The translations under genes were made by a program, and so were the position numbers. A stretch of 64,000 nucleotides of DNA, taken from assembly GCA_964617735.1 (NCBI GenBank), contig CAZTXT010000001.1, forward strand, positions 395,589 to 459,588. Direction: 5' to 3'. Of this stretch, positions 47,741-58,691 are shown piece after piece. Position 1 is the first letter of the stretch; every line of letters starts with the position of its first letter. The notes under the pieces are model-generated. The model was not told the origin of the DNA and searched no databases. It saw only the letters and a list, made by a program, of their open reading frames with translations. This DNA is from an uncultured Candidatus Saccharibacteria bacterium. GTDB taxonomy: Bacteria; Patescibacteriota; Minisyncoccia; Phycocordibacterales; DSPV01.

Positions 47741-47744
47741 ATAT

Positions 47745-48086
47745 ATGAAGAAATTCATGGTTATCTATAAGGCCCCTGCCGGTGCATGGGAGCAGATGGC
47801 AGAGACTTCGCCTGAAGAGGCTAAGAAGGGGATGGAGGCGTGGATGATGTGGGCAAAGAAGTGCGGAAAGGGACTCGTCGATATGGGGACACCGCTGGGT
47901 AATGGCCATAAAGTCATGAAATCAGGCGGTATGTCCGTCGAGGATGGTGTTACCGGATATTCAGTGCTTCAGGCTAAGAACATGGAAGCCGCGCTCGATA
48001 TGCTTTCAGGACATCCGCATCTTATGCAGCCCTCGTGTGAGATAGAGGTATATGAATCGCTGCCGTTGCCCGGAAGTAATAGTTAA
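47745..48086 (+). CDS. Hypothetical small protein
   Basis: MKKFMVIYKAPAGAWEQ...; start uncertain. Confidence 0.35.
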   Translation: MKKFMVIYKAPAGAWEQMAETSPEEAKKGMEAWMMWAKKCGKGLVDMGTPLGNGHKVMKSGGMSVEDGVTGYSVLQAKNMEAALDMLSGHPHLMQPSCEIEVYESLPLPGSNS

Positions 48087-48109
48087 TAATTAGTGGAAAA
48101 AAGTTTATC

Positions 48110-48541
48110 ATGCTTAAATCAAAGCTTGCTCCGTTCGTTCGGTTCAATGACGGTAAATGTCGCGAAGCAATGAACTTCTACAAAGGCATTTTCGGCGGAG
48201 AAGTCACCTTGATGACGGTGAAAGAGACTCCGATGGCGAAAGACATGGGTGCTGACAAACAAAACCTCATCATGCACTCGGAGCTGAAGTCTGGTCAGAT
48301 CATGTTTTCCGGTTCCGACATGATGCGCGACAAGGCAGTTATGGGAGATAACGTCGGTATGGCGCTTGAATGCCCGAATGAGAAAGAGCTCAAAGACATT
48401 TTCGCTAAGCTTTCAGAGGGCGGAGAGGTCTTTATGGCGCCGGAAGAGACTTTCTGGGGCGCGTTTTTCGGTATGGTTACGGACAAATACGGTGTCGAGT
48501 GGATGCTCAACTTCCAAAAGAATCCGCCTCCGAAGGGATAA
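48110..48541 (+). CDS. PhnB-like VOC-family protein
   Basis: 143 aa; pattern typical of PhnB/3-demethylubiquinone methyltransferase-domain VOC proteins. Confidence 0.5.
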   Translation: MLKSKLAPFVRFNDGKCREAMNFYKGIFGGEVTLMTVKETPMAKDMGADKQNLIMHSELKSGQIMFSGSDMMRDKAVMGDNVGMALECPNEKELKDIFAKLSEGGEVFMAPEETFWGAFFGMVTDKYGVEWMLNFQKNPPPKG

Positions 48542-48549
48542 AGGTCTCC

Positions 48550-48912
48550 ATGAGATGGATGTACCTGACGATAGTCTCGGGAATAACGGGTCTTGTCGTC
48601 GGATATTTTAGTTCTCATGCACTCGCTTTTCTCCAGTGGGGGAACATGCTTGTCTGGGGAGTGATCGGGATCGTCATTGGCTTCTTTTGTTCTGACCGAA
48701 CAACCTGTCTTTCGTCAGGGATCGCGTATGGGTTTCTCATGTCCCTGTCCTTTCTCATCACCGGATTCCAAGGGGCGAGCGACAAATTGCCCGGATTTAT
48801 CCTATTTTCTTTTGGATTGAGCGTTATTGGAGCTCTCGGAGGTCTCACATCGGTTTTTGTAGGTTTTTGGTTTGTTGAGAAGAGGTGGAAAAATGCAATG
48901 GAGAATAGTTGA
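48550..48912 (+). CDS. Small 4-TM membrane protein
   Basis: AAAGG SD; hydrophobic. Confidence 0.4.
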   Translation: MRWMYLTIVSGITGLVVGYFSSHALAFLQWGNMLVWGVIGIVIGFFCSDRTTCLSSGIAYGFLMSLSFLITGFQGASDKLPGFILFSFGLSVIGALGGLTSVFVGFWFVEKRWKNAMENS

Positions 48913-48976
48913 TAGAGTGCTTGGCTCCTTCATGAGCGGTGCTATAATAGGACCTGTTATTAAATAAGAGCATATT

Positions 48977-49231
48977 ATGGCAAAAGCGAATTCAGCGTTT
49001 ATGAAGCCGATGAGCCTAAGCGCAGATCTTGAGGCAGTGGTTGGTAAGGGTCCGATGCCCCGCTCAGAAGTGGTTAAGGGATTGTGGGTGTATATCAAAA
49101 AGAACAATCTGCAGGATGAAAAGAATAAGCGGAATATCAACGCTGACGACAAGCTCAAGAAGATCTTCGATGGAAAGGCGATGGTCAATATGTTCGAGAT
49201 GACAAAACTCGTCTCAAAGCATCTCTCCTAA
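48977..49231 (+). CDS. SWIB/MDM2-domain protein
   Basis: LSADLEAVVGKGPMPRSEVVKGLWVYIKKNNLQDEKNKRNI. Confidence 0.65.
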   Translation: MAKANSAFMKPMSLSADLEAVVGKGPMPRSEVVKGLWVYIKKNNLQDEKNKRNINADDKLKKIFDGKAMVNMFEMTKLVSKHLS

Positions 49232-49288
49232 GGTTTGATTGGTCGGGACACAAAAGCGCCCTAGGGGCGCTTTTGTTATACTGGCGGG

Positions 49289-49606
49289 ATGAAGACGTTT
49301 AGCGAGCGGGTTTTAGAATGCGCACTCTCGATCCCTTCGGGCAGAGTTACGACCTACGGCCGTATCGCGCGTGCCGCTGGGGCGGGTCCAATGGCTTCTC
49401 AAAGTATCACGGCGGTGCTTGGCAAAGCGTACAATTCTGGTATCCGTAATATCCCGTTCCATCGCATCGTCTACGCTGACGGGAGCATTTGGGTCAGTCC
49501 TTCGCACCGAAAGAAACGCTTGGCGCTCTACAAGAAGGAAGGGATCAAGGTAGACAAAAACGGTAGGATCAAGGATTTTCGAAAGATCGTGCATGAATTC
49601 ACGTAG
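49289..49606 (+). CDS. Alkyltransferase-like (MGMT DNA-binding domain, active-site Cys absent)
   Basis: TYGRIA...PFHRIV in place of the PCHRV catalytic motif. Confidence 0.55.
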   Translation: MKTFSERVLECALSIPSGRVTTYGRIARAAGAGPMASQSITAVLGKAYNSGIRNIPFHRIVYADGSIWVSPSHRKKRLALYKKEGIKVDKNGRIKDFRKIVHEFT

Positions 49607-49747
49607 TCTTCATCGATACTGTGACACTTCATGACGCCTTAGTCAGTACGTTGCAGACTAGGGTTTTTCGTATTTTTTGCTGATGAGGGATGGTTATATT
49701 TTTATAGTGCTTCGCATAAGCACGTTATTAATCTCATCATCATTAAT

Positions 49748-50203
49748 ATGACGTTAAGCAAAAAAATACAATGGTTCCTGATCTTTAGCGTGCTGACCAT
49801 CTTCTCCGTCTCTCTCGTCGATAATATAACGGGTGTGAGCACCCAAAAAGTGCTTGCGGATACGATCAGCAACGATGCGGGACTCAAAAATTCGAAGAAG
49901 TTCGTGGTAGTACAGAACGACTCTGACGCGTCGCAAGGGTTTTTGCAGAGATTATCGAATTTCCTCGGTAAGGATATGCTCTGTGCTATCAGTGAAGAGC
50001 AGTACGCGGCGTTGAGCGCCCAATTTCAAACGAGCACCGATACGTTGACCGTCGATGGGGAGCCGGTTTCGGTGGTTAAAGTCTCGGGTGACGGCCTCCA
50101 AGCCACACAATTAAAAGATCTCGTAAGCCCGAGTGATGTGCACTGCAAGGTTATCAAGTCGAATAATATCTTCTATCTGCTTGCGGGCTTCCAGATAAGT
50201 TAA
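49748..50203 (+). CDS. Secreted/anchored hypothetical protein
   Basis: N-terminal signal/TM. Confidence 0.4.
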   Translation: MTLSKKIQWFLIFSVLTIFSVSLVDNITGVSTQKVLADTISNDAGLKNSKKFVVVQNDSDASQGFLQRLSNFLGKDMLCAISEEQYAALSAQFQTSTDTLTVDGEPVSVVKVSGDGLQATQLKDLVSPSDVHCKVIKSNNIFYLLAGFQIS

Positions 50204-50212
50204 TGAGAGAAT

Positions 50213-51508
50213 ATGGAAGGCCTTGCGGCGAGCTTTCGTCCCTCGCGTTCACAATTGTTGGCGCAGCGGGCGCTCTATTGTGTGTTGTTCGTATTCCTCT
50301 TCGGATCGATCGCGCTCTTTGTAGTCAACGGCCTCGGCTATCTGAAGCAGGTTTGGGAGTGGTATAACCGAGCATACCTCGCGACCCTGCTTGTCTATAC
50401 ATGGTTTACCATGGCACTCCTTTTCTATAGCGAGTCGAAGCGGGTCAGCTATCCGGCATACGAAGATGAGAAAATAGCGGTTATCATGCCCTGCTTCAAT
50501 GAGTCGGGTGATCTGCTCAAACGCTCTGTGGAGTCGGTGATCGCGGCACGAGGAAACAAGCAGATACTCATCATCGACGATGGTTCGACGAACGATACCA
50601 AACAATACCTCCAGGAGCTTTCGGAAAAGCATCGGATATTCTACTGTTCGTTTCCAGAGAACAAGGGGAAGCGGCATGCGCTCCATTACGCCGTGACCCA
50701 ATTGGTTCGGGATTGCGATTTTGTCGTTACGATTGACAGTGACACTGTGCTCGACCCCGATGCACTGGTGAGAGTCGTCGAGCCCCTTAAAGTTCCTGCC
50801 ATTGGCGCTTCGACGGGCGATGTTCTGCTTCTGAATGAAAAGCAGAATTGGCTGACGCGGATGATCGGCTCATATTACTGGATCGGATTGCATATTTATA
50901 AAAAGGCACAGTCATCCTTGGGCATGGTGGTTTGCTGCAGCGGTTGTCTTGCCGCGTACCGCACGGAAGTGGTGATGAAGATCATCGACGCATTCGTCAA
51001 TCAGGAATTTTTCGGAGAGAAATGTACCCATTCGGAGGATCGCCATCTTACCAATCTAGTCCTGCAGAACGGTCTTGATGTCGTATTTGTTCCCGAAGCG
51101 ATAAGCCATACGGAAACGCCGGCGACGATCCGAGGATTCTTGAAACAGCAGCAGCGGTGGAAGCGAGGGTACATTCGCGAGTCGCTCTACACGCTCGCGT
51201 ACTCCTGGAGGATAAAGCCGCTGCTCTTCTTGCAGATACTGCTCTGGGACCTCACCATACCGTTCCTATCGATCGGGCTGATGCTCGCACTCCTTGTTTC
51301 CGTGATCACACAGCCGCTGTTCTTTTTGACCGCCATTCTACCGTCCTGGATCGCCTTCATGATCGTCCGCTATATGCCGATATTCATGCGTCAGCGCAGC
51401 AAGATATTCGGTTTATTCGTTTATCTCTTCTTCTACGATATATTCCTCTATTGGCAGAGCATTTATGCGCTCTTCACGGTAAAAAACAAGAGTTGGATAA
51501 CGCGCTGA
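50213..51508 (+). CDS. Family-2 glycosyltransferase, processive membrane type (cellulose/hyaluronan-synthase-like)
   Basis: IIDDGSTNDT, DSDTVLDPD, QQQRWKRGY (QxxRW); flanking TM helices. Confidence 0.7.
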   Translation: MEGLAASFRPSRSQLLAQRALYCVLFVFLFGSIALFVVNGLGYLKQVWEWYNRAYLATLLVYTWFTMALLFYSESKRVSYPAYEDEKIAVIMPCFNESGDLLKRSVESVIAARGNKQILIIDDGSTNDTKQYLQELSEKHRIFYCSFPENKGKRHALHYAVTQLVRDCDFVVTIDSDTVLDPDALVRVVEPLKVPAIGASTGDVLLLNEKQNWLTRMIGSYYWIGLHIYKKAQSSLGMVVCCSGCLAAYRTEVVMKIIDAFVNQEFFGEKCTHSEDRHLTNLVLQNGLDVVFVPEAISHTETPATIRGFLKQQQRWKRGYIRESLYTLAYSWRIKPLLFLQILLWDLTIPFLSIGLMLALLVSVITQPLFFLTAILPSWIAFMIVRYMPIFMRQRSKIFGLFVYLFFYDIFLYWQSIYALFTVKNKSWITR

Positions 51509-51511
51509 AAA

Positions 51512-51538
51512 AGAACCCCCTCGGAGAGGGGGTTTACG
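51512..51538. terminator. Bidirectional hairpin terminator
   Basis: aaccccctc-ggag-agggggtt with A-run and T-run. Confidence 0.55.
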
Positions 51539-51925
51539 TTATGGTGACTGCACGGTCTTGAGCACTGGCCGGGATGGAAGAGAAAGTGCAGGCCGCTCTT
51601 CGCCCGCGTACGGGATGTGTTCCGTTTGCCCTACCGGACTGATGTAGAAATCTATCGGCAGCACGCGGAAGTCGGACTTTTGGGTCGAACAGACTTTGAG
51701 TTTTTGATAATCTTCCCGCGTATACCAGCCGGATATCGGATTGGCTGTGGGTGACGTCGCATAGCGGGTATTGAATACCAGCAGCACGTCCTTCCACCAG
51801 CCCGATTTCCCGTGCACGGGGCGTTTGATTGTCTCTCCACTCATACGGAACTCGGTCACTGTTTGCTCCTGGTCATCGCGGAAGAACAGTTGTGGCTTTA
51901 TCAGATACTTCGTTATTCTATTCAT
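51539..51925 (-). CDS. Hypothetical protein
   Basis: 128-aa ORF. Confidence 0.35.
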   Translation of the reverse strand: MNRITKYLIKPQLFFRDDQEQTVTEFRMSGETIKRPVHGKSGWWKDVLLVFNTRYATSPTANPISGWYTREDYQKLKVCSTQKSDFRVLPIDFYISPVGQTEHIPYAGEERPALSLPSRPVLKTVQSP

Positions 51926-51993
51926 GGGTTCTATTTCCTTTCTGGCAGAACTATAATCGTTAGGATCATTTAGTCAATGGTATACTTTTCTTA

Positions 51994-52563
51994 TTGAAGT
52001 GTATGGCCCACCATCGTCACTCGTATCGAAAATTAGGTCGAGATATCGTGATCATCGCACTGAGCATCGTTCTCGCCGTGTATCTGGTGAGCAGTGGAGT
52101 TTTGGAGCGGCTGTTCTCAATATCGCAAGAGCTCAATTACATCGCTGCCTTCATCACCGGCATCTTCTTCACGTCGGTTCTTACGATGGCGGTTGCAGCG
52201 GTCTCTTTCGTCAAGATCGCTCCGACGATGCCTCCATTCATCCTCGCGCTCTATGGCGCTCTCGGCGCGGTTATCGGTGATGCGATCATCTTTTTCTTCG
52301 TTAAAGATGCGCTTGCGGAAGATGTCATGGAATTGATTAAAGCATCGGGTTTCAGAAGGTACCTCTCGATATTTAGGCTCCGTCTCTTTCGGTGGCTTTT
52401 GCCGCTTTTAGGGGCGCTTATCCTCGCGTCTCCTATCTCCGATGAGCTGGGGCTTGCGCTCATGGGGCTCTCGAAGGTAAGACCCTGGGTCGTTCTCTCT
52501 TTTGCGTTCGTTTTGAATTTTATTGGCATATTCGCGATAGCCGTCGCCGTCCGCGGCTTCTGA
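51994..52563 (+). CDS. Polytopic membrane protein
   Basis: 189 aa, 5-6 TM. Confidence 0.4.
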   Translation: MKCMAHHRHSYRKLGRDIVIIALSIVLAVYLVSSGVLERLFSISQELNYIAAFITGIFFTSVLTMAVAAVSFVKIAPTMPPFILALYGALGAVIGDAIIFFFVKDALAEDVMELIKASGFRRYLSIFRLRLFRWLLPLLGALILASPISDELGLALMGLSKVRPWVVLSFAFVLNFIGIFAIAVAVRGF

Positions 52564-52565
52564 TC

Positions 52566-53678
52566 ATGGGCATACGGATAATCATATTCATATTCGTTGC
52601 GACATTGCTCCTTTTGGGTTTGCACTATCTGTTGTTCTTAACCTACATCCAGTTTTTTCCACTGCTCTGGTCGTTCTCGAGGACTCACGTCTTTATCGCT
52701 CTTTTAGCGCTATCGTTGTCGTATCTGCTAGCGATGCTTATCTCCCATCGGTGGGAGAATCTGTTCACGAGGGTCTTTTATTTTCTCGCAGCTTTCTGGC
52801 TCGGCGTCATGATAGAGCTTCTTATGGTTGGGGTCGTTGCCCTGATACTCATGGATGGTGCGCAGGTTCTCTTTTCTTCGCTTTCGTCAGAAGTCTTTGG
52901 TATAGCGGCGCTTCTCGTCGCACTCTCGCTCTCGGGTTATGGCGTATTCTCTGCGCTTAACCCGCGCGTGCGCTCCCTAGTCGTTTCCATCGCTGGTTTG
53001 CCCGATCACTGGAGGGGGAAGCGGATCGTCCATATATCCGATATCCATCTTGGCCCCATCCATCACATCGGCTTTTTGAGGAAGATTGTCGCGCTGATCA
53101 ATGGTCTCGACTCAGCATGCGTTTTTATCACGGGGGATCTTTTTGATGGCGCTGATCACAACCTCTCCGATGCAGTCGCGCCGCTCAATGACATACAAGC
53201 CCACCAAGGGGTTTACTTCATCACCGGAAATCACGAAACCTATCTTGGGGTAGAGAAAGCCTACGCGGCGCTTTCGAAGACGACCGTGCGGGTGCTCAAA
53301 GACGAAGTTATCGATCTCGACGGCATCGCGCTGATCGGTATCAGTTATCCCGGTGCAATGGAGACTAAGGATGTCCCCGCGGTTCTCAAGAAGCTTTCAC
53401 CGTCATTTGCAGGGAAGCCCAACATTTTGCTTTTCCATGCGCCGGTTTCGGTGGATGAGATAAAGCATCTCGGGGTGACGCTCGAGCTCTGTGGCCATAC
53501 GCACCAGGGACAGCTATTTCCGTTCGGCTCTATCGCAAACGCAGTCTACAAAGGCTATGCCTATGGCCTCCATAGCTACAAAGATTTCTCGATCTATACA
53601 TCATGCGGCGTTGGTACCTGGGGGCCGCCGATGCGGATCGGAAGCCGATCCGAAGTGGTCGTGATCGAATTGCGCTGA
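52566..53678 (+). CDS. Membrane-anchored calcineurin-like metallophosphoesterase
   Basis: ISDIHLG, ITGDLFDG, GNHE motifs after 4 N-terminal TM helices. Confidence 0.7.
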   Translation: MGIRIIIFIFVATLLLLGLHYLLFLTYIQFFPLLWSFSRTHVFIALLALSLSYLLAMLISHRWENLFTRVFYFLAAFWLGVMIELLMVGVVALILMDGAQVLFSSLSSEVFGIAALLVALSLSGYGVFSALNPRVRSLVVSIAGLPDHWRGKRIVHISDIHLGPIHHIGFLRKIVALINGLDSACVFITGDLFDGADHNLSDAVAPLNDIQAHQGVYFITGNHETYLGVEKAYAALSKTTVRVLKDEVIDLDGIALIGISYPGAMETKDVPAVLKKLSPSFAGKPNILLFHAPVSVDEIKHLGVTLELCGHTHQGQLFPFGSIANAVYKGYAYGLHSYKDFSIYTSCGVGTWGPPMRIGSRSEVVVIELR

Positions 53679-53769
53679 CCTCACGCTCTCACAAGGCCTC
53701 TGCGCGTCCAGTTGACCATTCTTGAATGGTACCGTATTATCTAAGGACCTCCGCGGAGGTATTTTTTTT

Positions 53770-55557
53770 ATGCAGATCAGAAATATCGCTATTATCGCCC
53801 ACGTAGATCACGGCAAAACCACGCTTACCGACGCACTCCTGCGACAGGCCGGCGTCGCCGAGGAGGGGATCTCGATGGATTCGAACGCGCTCGAGCTTGA
53901 GCGTGGCATTACGATCTATTCGAAGAATGCCGCGCTTTTCTATAAAGGCACGAAAATAAATATCGTTGACACACCCGGTCACGCGGATTTCGGTTCAGAA
54001 GTCGAGCGTGTATTGCGCGCTATCGACTCAGTCCTTTTGGTCGTGGATGCGCAAGAAGGGCCGATGCCGCAGACTCGTTTTGTGCTCAAGAAATCCCTTG
54101 AGCTCGGGCTCAAACCCATCGTGGTGATTAATAAGATAGACAAACCCGCAGCGGATCCGCATAGAGCGGAGGAGGAGGTGCTCGAGCTTTTTTTGGAACT
54201 CGGCGCTTCGGAAGCCCAGGCGGATTTTCCCGTGGTCTATACGATCGGCAGAGAAGGGATCGCTAAACTCAAGATCTCTGACGAGTCGAAAGATCTGACG
54301 CCACTATTTGAGACGATCCTCCGCCATGTGCCTGACGCGGATCGTGCTGCGGATGTGGCATTGCGTTTCCAACCGTTCAACCTTGCGTACGATAATTTCC
54401 TGGGTCGGCTCGCTGTGGGGAGGGTTTACGAGGGTTCGGTCAAGGCAGGGCAGCAGGTTTTCATCAAAAAGCCCAACGGAGAGGAGAGGTCAGGAAAGAT
54501 AACGAAGCTCTTCACCTTCAAGGGACTGCAGCGGATCGAAGCCGAAACCGCCCTTCCGGGCGATATCGTGCTCATCGCCGGACTTCCTGACATCTACATT
54601 GGCGAGACGGTCACAACTGATCCGAATGCAAAACCCCTCCCGGCTATTGCGGTGGATGAACCAACGATCAGTCTTAATTTTTTGGTGAACAACTCTCCAT
54701 TCGGAGGCAAGGAAGGGAAGTTCGTGACTTCCCGCCAGCTGCGCGAGCGCCTCGAGCGCGAACTTGAGGTCAATGTGGGTCTCAAGGTCGATTTTTCCGC
54801 CGCTGATAAATTCGCTGTCTCGGGCCGCGGCGAGCTTCATATCGCGATCCTCCTGGAGAATATGCGACGCGAAGGATATGAATTGCAAGTCTCCCAGCCC
54901 ACCGTCATCGTGCACGAGACGAACGGGGTAAAGACCGAACCGTTCGAAGAGGTCATTGTCGACATGCCCTCCGAATATCAAGGCGCGATCATCGAACGCT
55001 TAGGCGCGCGCAGTTTCGTCATGCAGAATATGCACACTCACGGCAAATCCGTGCGTTTGATCTTTCAAGGCCCAACGCGGGGTCTTCTGGGGTATCGCAA
55101 TCAATTCATCATCGATACGAAAGGGGAAGGGATACTGTCTTCGCGTGTCGTAGGGTTCTTCCCGTACGCGGGCGATATCAAACGTCGCGCAGTAGGCTCG
55201 ATGATCTCGATGGCGGCAGGCAAGGCGCTCGGGTTTTCTCTGTGGAATCTGCAAGAGCGTGGCGTGCTCTATATCTCTCCGGGAACGGAAGTCTATGAAG
55301 GGATGGTCATCGGTAACACGTCAAAGGGCGAAGAAATGACGGTCAATCCCACAAAAGGCAAACAACTCACGAACATGCGTGCTTCCGGTTCCGATGAAGC
55401 TATCGATCTTGTCCCGCCGTTCCTTTTGACCATCGAGCGTGGCCTTGAGATCATGGCGGAGGACGAATATCTTGAGATAACGCCGGAGAGCGTCCGCTTA
55501 CGCAAGCAGTTCTTGACCGAGATAGACCGCTCCCGTGCCCGCAGAAAGAGTGCGTAA
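53770..55557 (+). CDS. typA: Translational GTPase TypA/BipA
   Basis: [31 protein letters not shown]; EF-G-like domains. Confidence 0.85.
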   Translation: MQIRNIAIIAHVDHGKTTLTDALLRQAGVAEEGISMDSNALELERGITIYSKNAALFYKGTKINIVDTPGHADFGSEVERVLRAIDSVLLVVDAQEGPMPQTRFVLKKSLELGLKPIVVINKIDKPAADPHRAEEEVLELFLELGASEAQADFPVVYTIGREGIAKLKISDESKDLTPLFETILRHVPDADRAADVALRFQPFNLAYDNFLGRLAVGRVYEGSVKAGQQVFIKKPNGEERSGKITKLFTFKGLQRIEAETALPGDIVLIAGLPDIYIGETVTTDPNAKPLPAIAVDEPTISLNFLVNNSPFGGKEGKFVTSRQLRERLERELEVNVGLKVDFSAADKFAVSGRGELHIAILLENMRREGYELQVSQPTVIVHETNGVKTEPFEEVIVDMPSEYQGAIIERLGARSFVMQNMHTHGKSVRLIFQGPTRGLLGYRNQFIIDTKGEGILSSRVVGFFPYAGDIKRRAVGSMISMAAGKALGFSLWNLQERGVLYISPGTEVYEGMVIGNTSKGEEMTVNPTKGKQLTNMRASGSDEAIDLVPPFLLTIERGLEIMAEDEYLEITPESVRLRKQFLTEIDRSRARRKSA

Positions 55558-55593
55558 GTATTTTTCATAAAAAAAGATAGTCCGGGGTGTATA

Positions 55594-56541
55594 ATGGCCG
55601 CAATGAAAGCGGCACAGATACGTGAATACGGAGGAAAATCGGTTGTGAGCATTGACCTCAATGCGGCGGAACCCAAGCTCCTCAACGGCTCTCTGCTTGT
55701 TGCCGTCCGTGCCGCGAGCGTCAACCCATTCGATTGGAAGGTACGGGAAGGCTTAGTCAGTACGGTGATGCCGCTTCAGTTGCCCGCCACTCTTGGGGGA
55801 GATTTTTCGGGAGTGGTGATCGATGTCGGGGAAGGTGTCAGTAGTTTTAAGAAAGGAGATTCCGTCTATGGGCAAGCGAGCGTATTCGGAGGAAATTCAG
55901 GCGCGTTCGCAGAGCGGTTGGTGGTAAAAGCCGGCAATGTCGGGCACAAACCGGAGGCCGCCTCTTATAACGAAGCGGCGGCTCTGGTTCTCACCGGGGT
56001 AAGTGCTCTGCAAGCGTTGACCGAACATCTTACGCTCTCCAAAGGTCAGAGAATACTAATACACGGAGGAGCGGGAGGGATCGGCACCCATGCGATACCG
56101 CTTGCGAAATACCTCGGTGCTTTTGTTGCGACGACTGCGAGTGCCGGCGATCTCGACTATGTGCAGAAACTCGGTGCAGATCAGGTGATCGATTACACCA
56201 AAGAAAGGTTTGCGGATGTCCTCCATGATTATGATGCGGTATATGACACTGTCGGAGGGGAGACGTATCGGGAGTCATTTACGGTGCTCAAACCGGGCGG
56301 CATTCTGGTCTCGATGGTAGAGAAGCCCGATCAAGGATTGATGGAGCGCTATCATGTGAAAGCGATCGGCCAGGCGACTTTCGTTAATACTGAGCGACTA
56401 CGGAAGCTCGCAAGCCTCTTTGATCAGAGAGTTCTTCAGACCCATATTGATAGCGTATTTCCAATTGAAGCTGCCGCTGAAGCGATCGAGTATGTAAAGA
56501 CCGGGCATCCACGGGGAAAGGTTGTTATTGCTGTTAGCTGA
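55594..56541 (+). CDS. Zinc-type/MDR-family NAD(P)H quinone oxidoreductase
   Basis: Rossmann GGAGGIG plus GroES-like N-terminal domain. Confidence 0.65.
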   Translation: MAAMKAAQIREYGGKSVVSIDLNAAEPKLLNGSLLVAVRAASVNPFDWKVREGLVSTVMPLQLPATLGGDFSGVVIDVGEGVSSFKKGDSVYGQASVFGGNSGAFAERLVVKAGNVGHKPEAASYNEAAALVLTGVSALQALTEHLTLSKGQRILIHGGAGGIGTHAIPLAKYLGAFVATTASAGDLDYVQKLGADQVIDYTKERFADVLHDYDAVYDTVGGETYRESFTVLKPGGILVSMVEKPDQGLMERYHVKAIGQATFVNTERLRKLASLFDQRVLQTHIDSVFPIEAAAEAIEYVKTGHPRGKVVIAVS

Positions 56542-56745
56542 TTTATCCACACCGTTCGTTTGAGAGATTTCTCGGGTGTTTTACACTGTTGTCATAGGTC
56601 CGCATGAGGCTTACGGGAGTCTGCCTCTGCGGTTGTTAGGACTGGTATAGTCGAGAAGTGAGTCTCGACTATCGTGGGGGTTAGGGTTGCGCGCGGTGGT
56701 TAACGCGCGCAACCCATTTTTCTTTGTCTCGGTTACAATGAGGAT

Positions 56746-57585
56746 ATGCTGTTTCTTATCCCACTCTTCTTCATCCAATCAGCGCCCGCCCCTTTGGTTA
56801 GAGATGCGAGAGTGGTGAGTGTCATCCCGGAGCACCCTATCCAGGGCGAGCCGATCCTGGTTGCTCTTTTGGGTGGTCAACCGGAGCGTGTATCCATCGC
56901 AAGCACTAGCCTCCCGACGTTCCTTTTCCACGGCACTCCCCACGCGCTCTATGGTTTTGATTTGCGGCAGAAACCCGGTTCTTATACCATCTTAGTCCGA
57001 TTCCCCGACGGCGGGATCGCGACGCAAACCATTACCCTCTATCCTCGACGGGAAGAAAAAGTTCCACTCTCAATCCCGCAAAAGCTGGGTGGTAATACAC
57101 CTCAGAGCCAACAGCATCTGGTCAGCACGCTCGCGCAAGAGAATGCGGCTCTTCTAGGACTGCGTACCAGCTCGAAGTCTTTCTGGACTGAAGCGTTCGG
57201 CTGGCCGCTTTCTTCCATTACGATCACCGACCCCTACGGCTACCTCCGCCAGACGGGTGCCTATACGATAGCGCACCGCGGGACCGATTTCCGGGCGGCG
57301 AAGGGCGAGCCAGTCCTTGCTATGAACCGTGGTGTGGTTCGCATGACCCGGGAGTTCCGCAATTACGGTAAGACGGTTGTTATCGACCATGGTCTGGGCG
57401 TCCAGACCCTTTACCTCCATCTCTCGCGCATCCGGGTCAATGTCGGCGAGCTCGTAGCGAAAGGTCAGCTCATCGGAAATTCCGGAGACACGGGGTACGC
57501 TGAGCACCCGCATCTTCATGTCAGCGTGCGGATACGGGGAATCTCGATAGATCCAGTCGTTTTTCTTTCATTATTTAAAAAATAA
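56746..57585 (+). CDS. M23-family peptidase
   Basis: HRGTDF...GDTGYAEHPHLH (HxH). Confidence 0.7.
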   Translation: MLFLIPLFFIQSAPAPLVRDARVVSVIPEHPIQGEPILVALLGGQPERVSIASTSLPTFLFHGTPHALYGFDLRQKPGSYTILVRFPDGGIATQTITLYPRREEKVPLSIPQKLGGNTPQSQQHLVSTLAQENAALLGLRTSSKSFWTEAFGWPLSSITITDPYGYLRQTGAYTIAHRGTDFRAAKGEPVLAMNRGVVRMTREFRNYGKTVVIDHGLGVQTLYLHLSRIRVNVGELVAKGQLIGNSGDTGYAEHPHLHVSVRIRGISIDPVVFLSLFKK

Positions 57586-57609
57586 TCTCGCGCAGGATAT
57601 AATGCGGGT

Positions 57610-58542
57610 ATGCAACGCACCCTCAAGACCCTCTTCCTCTGTGCTCTACTGGGCACGATCGTCTGGTTCAACTGGAAGCCGCTCAATAATTTTGCCTGGC
57701 AGGTCTACGATCATTTCCTCCCGTGTTCGCGTCCTATTGGATACTATATCGGCTCGTTCGACCCTCGTTTTGGGGTGAGCAAGAGCGATTTCCTCGATGC
57801 GGTGAATCAAGCCTCGCTCATTTGGGAGAAGAGCGTTGATCGTGACCTATTCACCTTCAATGACCACGGCACCCTGCCGATCAATCTCATCTACGACGCG
57901 CGCCAGCAAGAAACACAACAGCGCAGCAGCCTCGATAAGACCATCAGCGCGGTGGAGCAACAATACAACGATAAACGCGCAGAATTTGATACCCTCAAGT
58001 CTTACTACGCCTCGCAGGCAAGCGACTATCAGGCAGCCCTCGCGGATTTTGAGCAGAAGGTGGAGAGCTATTCTCAAGAAGTCAATTACTGGAATGCTCA
58101 CGGCGGCGCTACACCCAAGGCCTATGCGGAACTCTCAGCCCAGAAGAATGCTCTCCAGAGTATGCAGCAGGCACTCGAGCAGCAAAAGACTGCGCTTGAT
58201 GCCACCTTTAGTAAACTTCAGGCGCTTACCGCACAGGTCAATGCTCTGGCGCGCGAGGCCAACGGCAACATCAATACCTATAATCAAGGACAATTCGTCG
58301 GGAAAGAATTCGATGCGGGACTCTATACGCAGGACGGCGCAGAAACAGAGATCAGCATTTTCCAATTTGAGGATAAGAATAAATTGATACGTGTACTCGC
58401 ACACGAGCTCGGACATGCCTTGGGCCTCCCACACAATAGCAATCCGCAGTCCATCATGTATGAGCTCAATTCAAGCACGAACGAGAAGCCGACTGCCGAT
58501 GACGTCACGGCACTTAAAAAAGTCTGCCACATAAAGAGTTAA
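57610..58542 (+). CDS. Metzincin (matrixin-like) zinc metalloprotease with N-terminal TM and coiled coil
   Basis: AHELGHALGLPHN (HExxHxxGxxH), SIMY Met-turn. Confidence 0.65.
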   Translation: MQRTLKTLFLCALLGTIVWFNWKPLNNFAWQVYDHFLPCSRPIGYYIGSFDPRFGVSKSDFLDAVNQASLIWEKSVDRDLFTFNDHGTLPINLIYDARQQETQQRSSLDKTISAVEQQYNDKRAEFDTLKSYYASQASDYQAALADFEQKVESYSQEVNYWNAHGGATPKAYAELSAQKNALQSMQQALEQQKTALDATFSKLQALTAQVNALAREANGNINTYNQGQFVGKEFDAGLYTQDGAETEISIFQFEDKNKLIRVLAHELGHALGLPHNSNPQSIMYELNSSTNEKPTADDVTALKKVCHIKS

Positions 58543-58691
58543 AACGCTCTCCCGGCAGGAGATTTCTATACCTCGCTTGCCCTTTTTCGGGGCATACAAA
58601 AGTTATGCAGTGGTTCTATTTACAAACCCTTTTGTGATGTTAGCATGAAGAAAGATAGTTCATAATTGTTCCCTGAAATGAAAGGACTCGT

